Of a stretch of 39,729 nt of DNA, positions 38,811-39,729 are shown one piece after another. The DNA is from a virus. Where the stretch lies: the IMG/VR virus record IMGVR_UViG_3300042269_000088; one strand, written 5' to 3'. Numbering within the stretch: position 1 is the stretch's first letter; the number at the start of each line of letters is the position of its first letter. The position numbers and the translations under genes were made by a program. Under the pieces are notes generated by a model, which did not search any database, was not told where the DNA came from, and was given only the letters and a program-made list of their open reading frames with translations.

Positions 38811-39729
38811 TCAGTTGGTGATAAGGAAGCTCATCGGCACCAACTTACGATCCAGCACGCGGTCGAAGCTGGTGGCTAGCGCCAGCTCGGTGTTGGTGAA
38901 GGACTCACCAGCCGGAGTGCCGGTAGCCTGGAAGCCAAACGGGTGCAGAATCCAAGTATTGCGAACCCACAGGGTCTCAATACCACCGCCGTTGCCCTGA
39001 GCTGCTTCACGATCAACCTCAACCGGGGTTTCCGGTGCGCCCACGCCGTAGCCAAATGCACCAGAGCCAAAAATGACAGAGGTGTATTTGAAGCCGTCGG
39101 TTGTGCCAGCGGTAACGGTCATGCCGTCATCAACAATCACATGCAGACCCATGTAAGTCGGGATAGTCAGGCGACCCTGAGAATCCGGGATATACACGAT
39201 GTCGTCATTCTTGACCATCTGCGCCATAATGGCCGAGTGGACAGCAATTGCGCTCAGGCTGGTTGCGGCGTCACCCATGGTGTAAACAGCCTCAGTGAAC
39301 ACATCGCGGTTGAACTTGGTGTCTGCGGTCTGAGATGCAACAGCCTCAGCGGCAACATCTACAGTCATATCGCCGGAGTCGTTCGCCACGTTGTCGGCGA
39401 GAATGCCGTTAGCAGACGCAACCAGGCGGCGCTGCCACTGACGGGAAAAGTAGCGGTCAACCTTGGCGCGGATAGCATCCATTGCAGTACCGCCCATAGC
39501 CAGCTCGGACGCCAGATCAGCAGCCTGCCAGCCCTGGTTCACAAACGCCTTGCGGGCAATCTGCTCACCCTGAACGATCTTCTGCGGGGTGGCAGAGTTG
39601 GTCGGGTTATCGTCGGAGTAGTTGACCTCAACGGAACCATCCAGGTCATTCCAGAACGGCAGCTCTGCAATTTTGCCGGGGGCGTTAGCCAGAGTGTCAA
39701 GCATGCCGTTACGGGTAACGATACCAGAC
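38811..39729 (-). CDS. Major capsid protein, main part (continues at 219..128 through the junction)
   Basis: In frame across the 127-bp overlap. Followed by a strong terminator. Confidence 0.85.
   Translation of the reverse strand, partial: SGIVTRNGMLDTLANAPGKIAELPFWNDLDGSVEVNYSDDNPTNSATPQKIVQGEQIARKAFVNQGWQAADLASELAMGGTAMDAIRAKVDRYFSRQWQRRLVASANGILADNVANDSGDMTVDVAAEAVASQTADTKFNRDVFTEAVYTMGDAATSLSAIAVHSAIMAQMVKNDDIVYIPDSQGRLTIPTYMGLHVIVDDGMTVTAGTTDGFKYTSVIFGSGAFGYGVGAPETPVEVDREAAQGNGGGIETLWVRNTWILHPFGFQATGTPAGESFTNTELALATSFDRVLDRKLVPMSFLITN
39603..39729. repeat. Second copy of the 127-bp terminal overlap
   Basis: Identical to 1..127. Confidence 0.95.

Overview
The window is one complete tailed-phage genome. 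The first 127 nt are identical to the last 127 nt, which looks like a contig-closure overlap. The unit genome is therefore 39,602 bp, and the major capsid gene reads across the junction.

Layout:
- Minus-strand late operon, in transcription order: terS (start 6352), terL, portal, a low-GC C5-methyltransferase insert, head morphogenesis, scaffold, capsid (wraps the junction), connector proteins, major tail protein, G/G-T chaperones with a visible -1 slippery heptamer, tape measure, distal tail and receptor-binding genes. It ends at 27326 with a four-gene translationally coupled lysis block.
- Plus-strand early operon, 21222..27246: many small proteins, a Lar-like anti-restriction protein, an AlpA-like HTH, a MazG-like protein, DUF551 and ThyA.
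- Minus-strand replication/nucleotide module, 20979..6767: AEP primase, SNF2 helicase, SF1 helicase, family-A polymerase, a small SSB, a truncated PurA-like synthetase, a MazG/DUF550 pyrophosphatase, an HD hydrolase and a VRR-NUC nuclease.

Headline: the contiguous dpoZ ... purZ-mazZ-datZ set predicts a 2-aminoadenine (Z-base) genome in a siphovirus-type phage.

Other notable structure:
- About 194-bp imperfect inverted repeats with perfect cores of 47 and 31 bp, carrying TTCTACA iterons and palindromic operator-like sites. They bracket the replication module.
- Two visibly different promoter classes: six near-perfect sigma70 consensus promoters versus extended -10-only promoters in the late module.
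- A possibly leaderless terS.
- A lysis cassette with no recognisable spanin pair, ending instead in a lipoprotein and a PLA2-like (C-x2-HD-x2-Y) protein.
- Strong GC mosaicism.

No tRNA, CRISPR array, integrase or phage RNA polymerase was seen. All family assignments come from motifs read by eye; no database search was possible.
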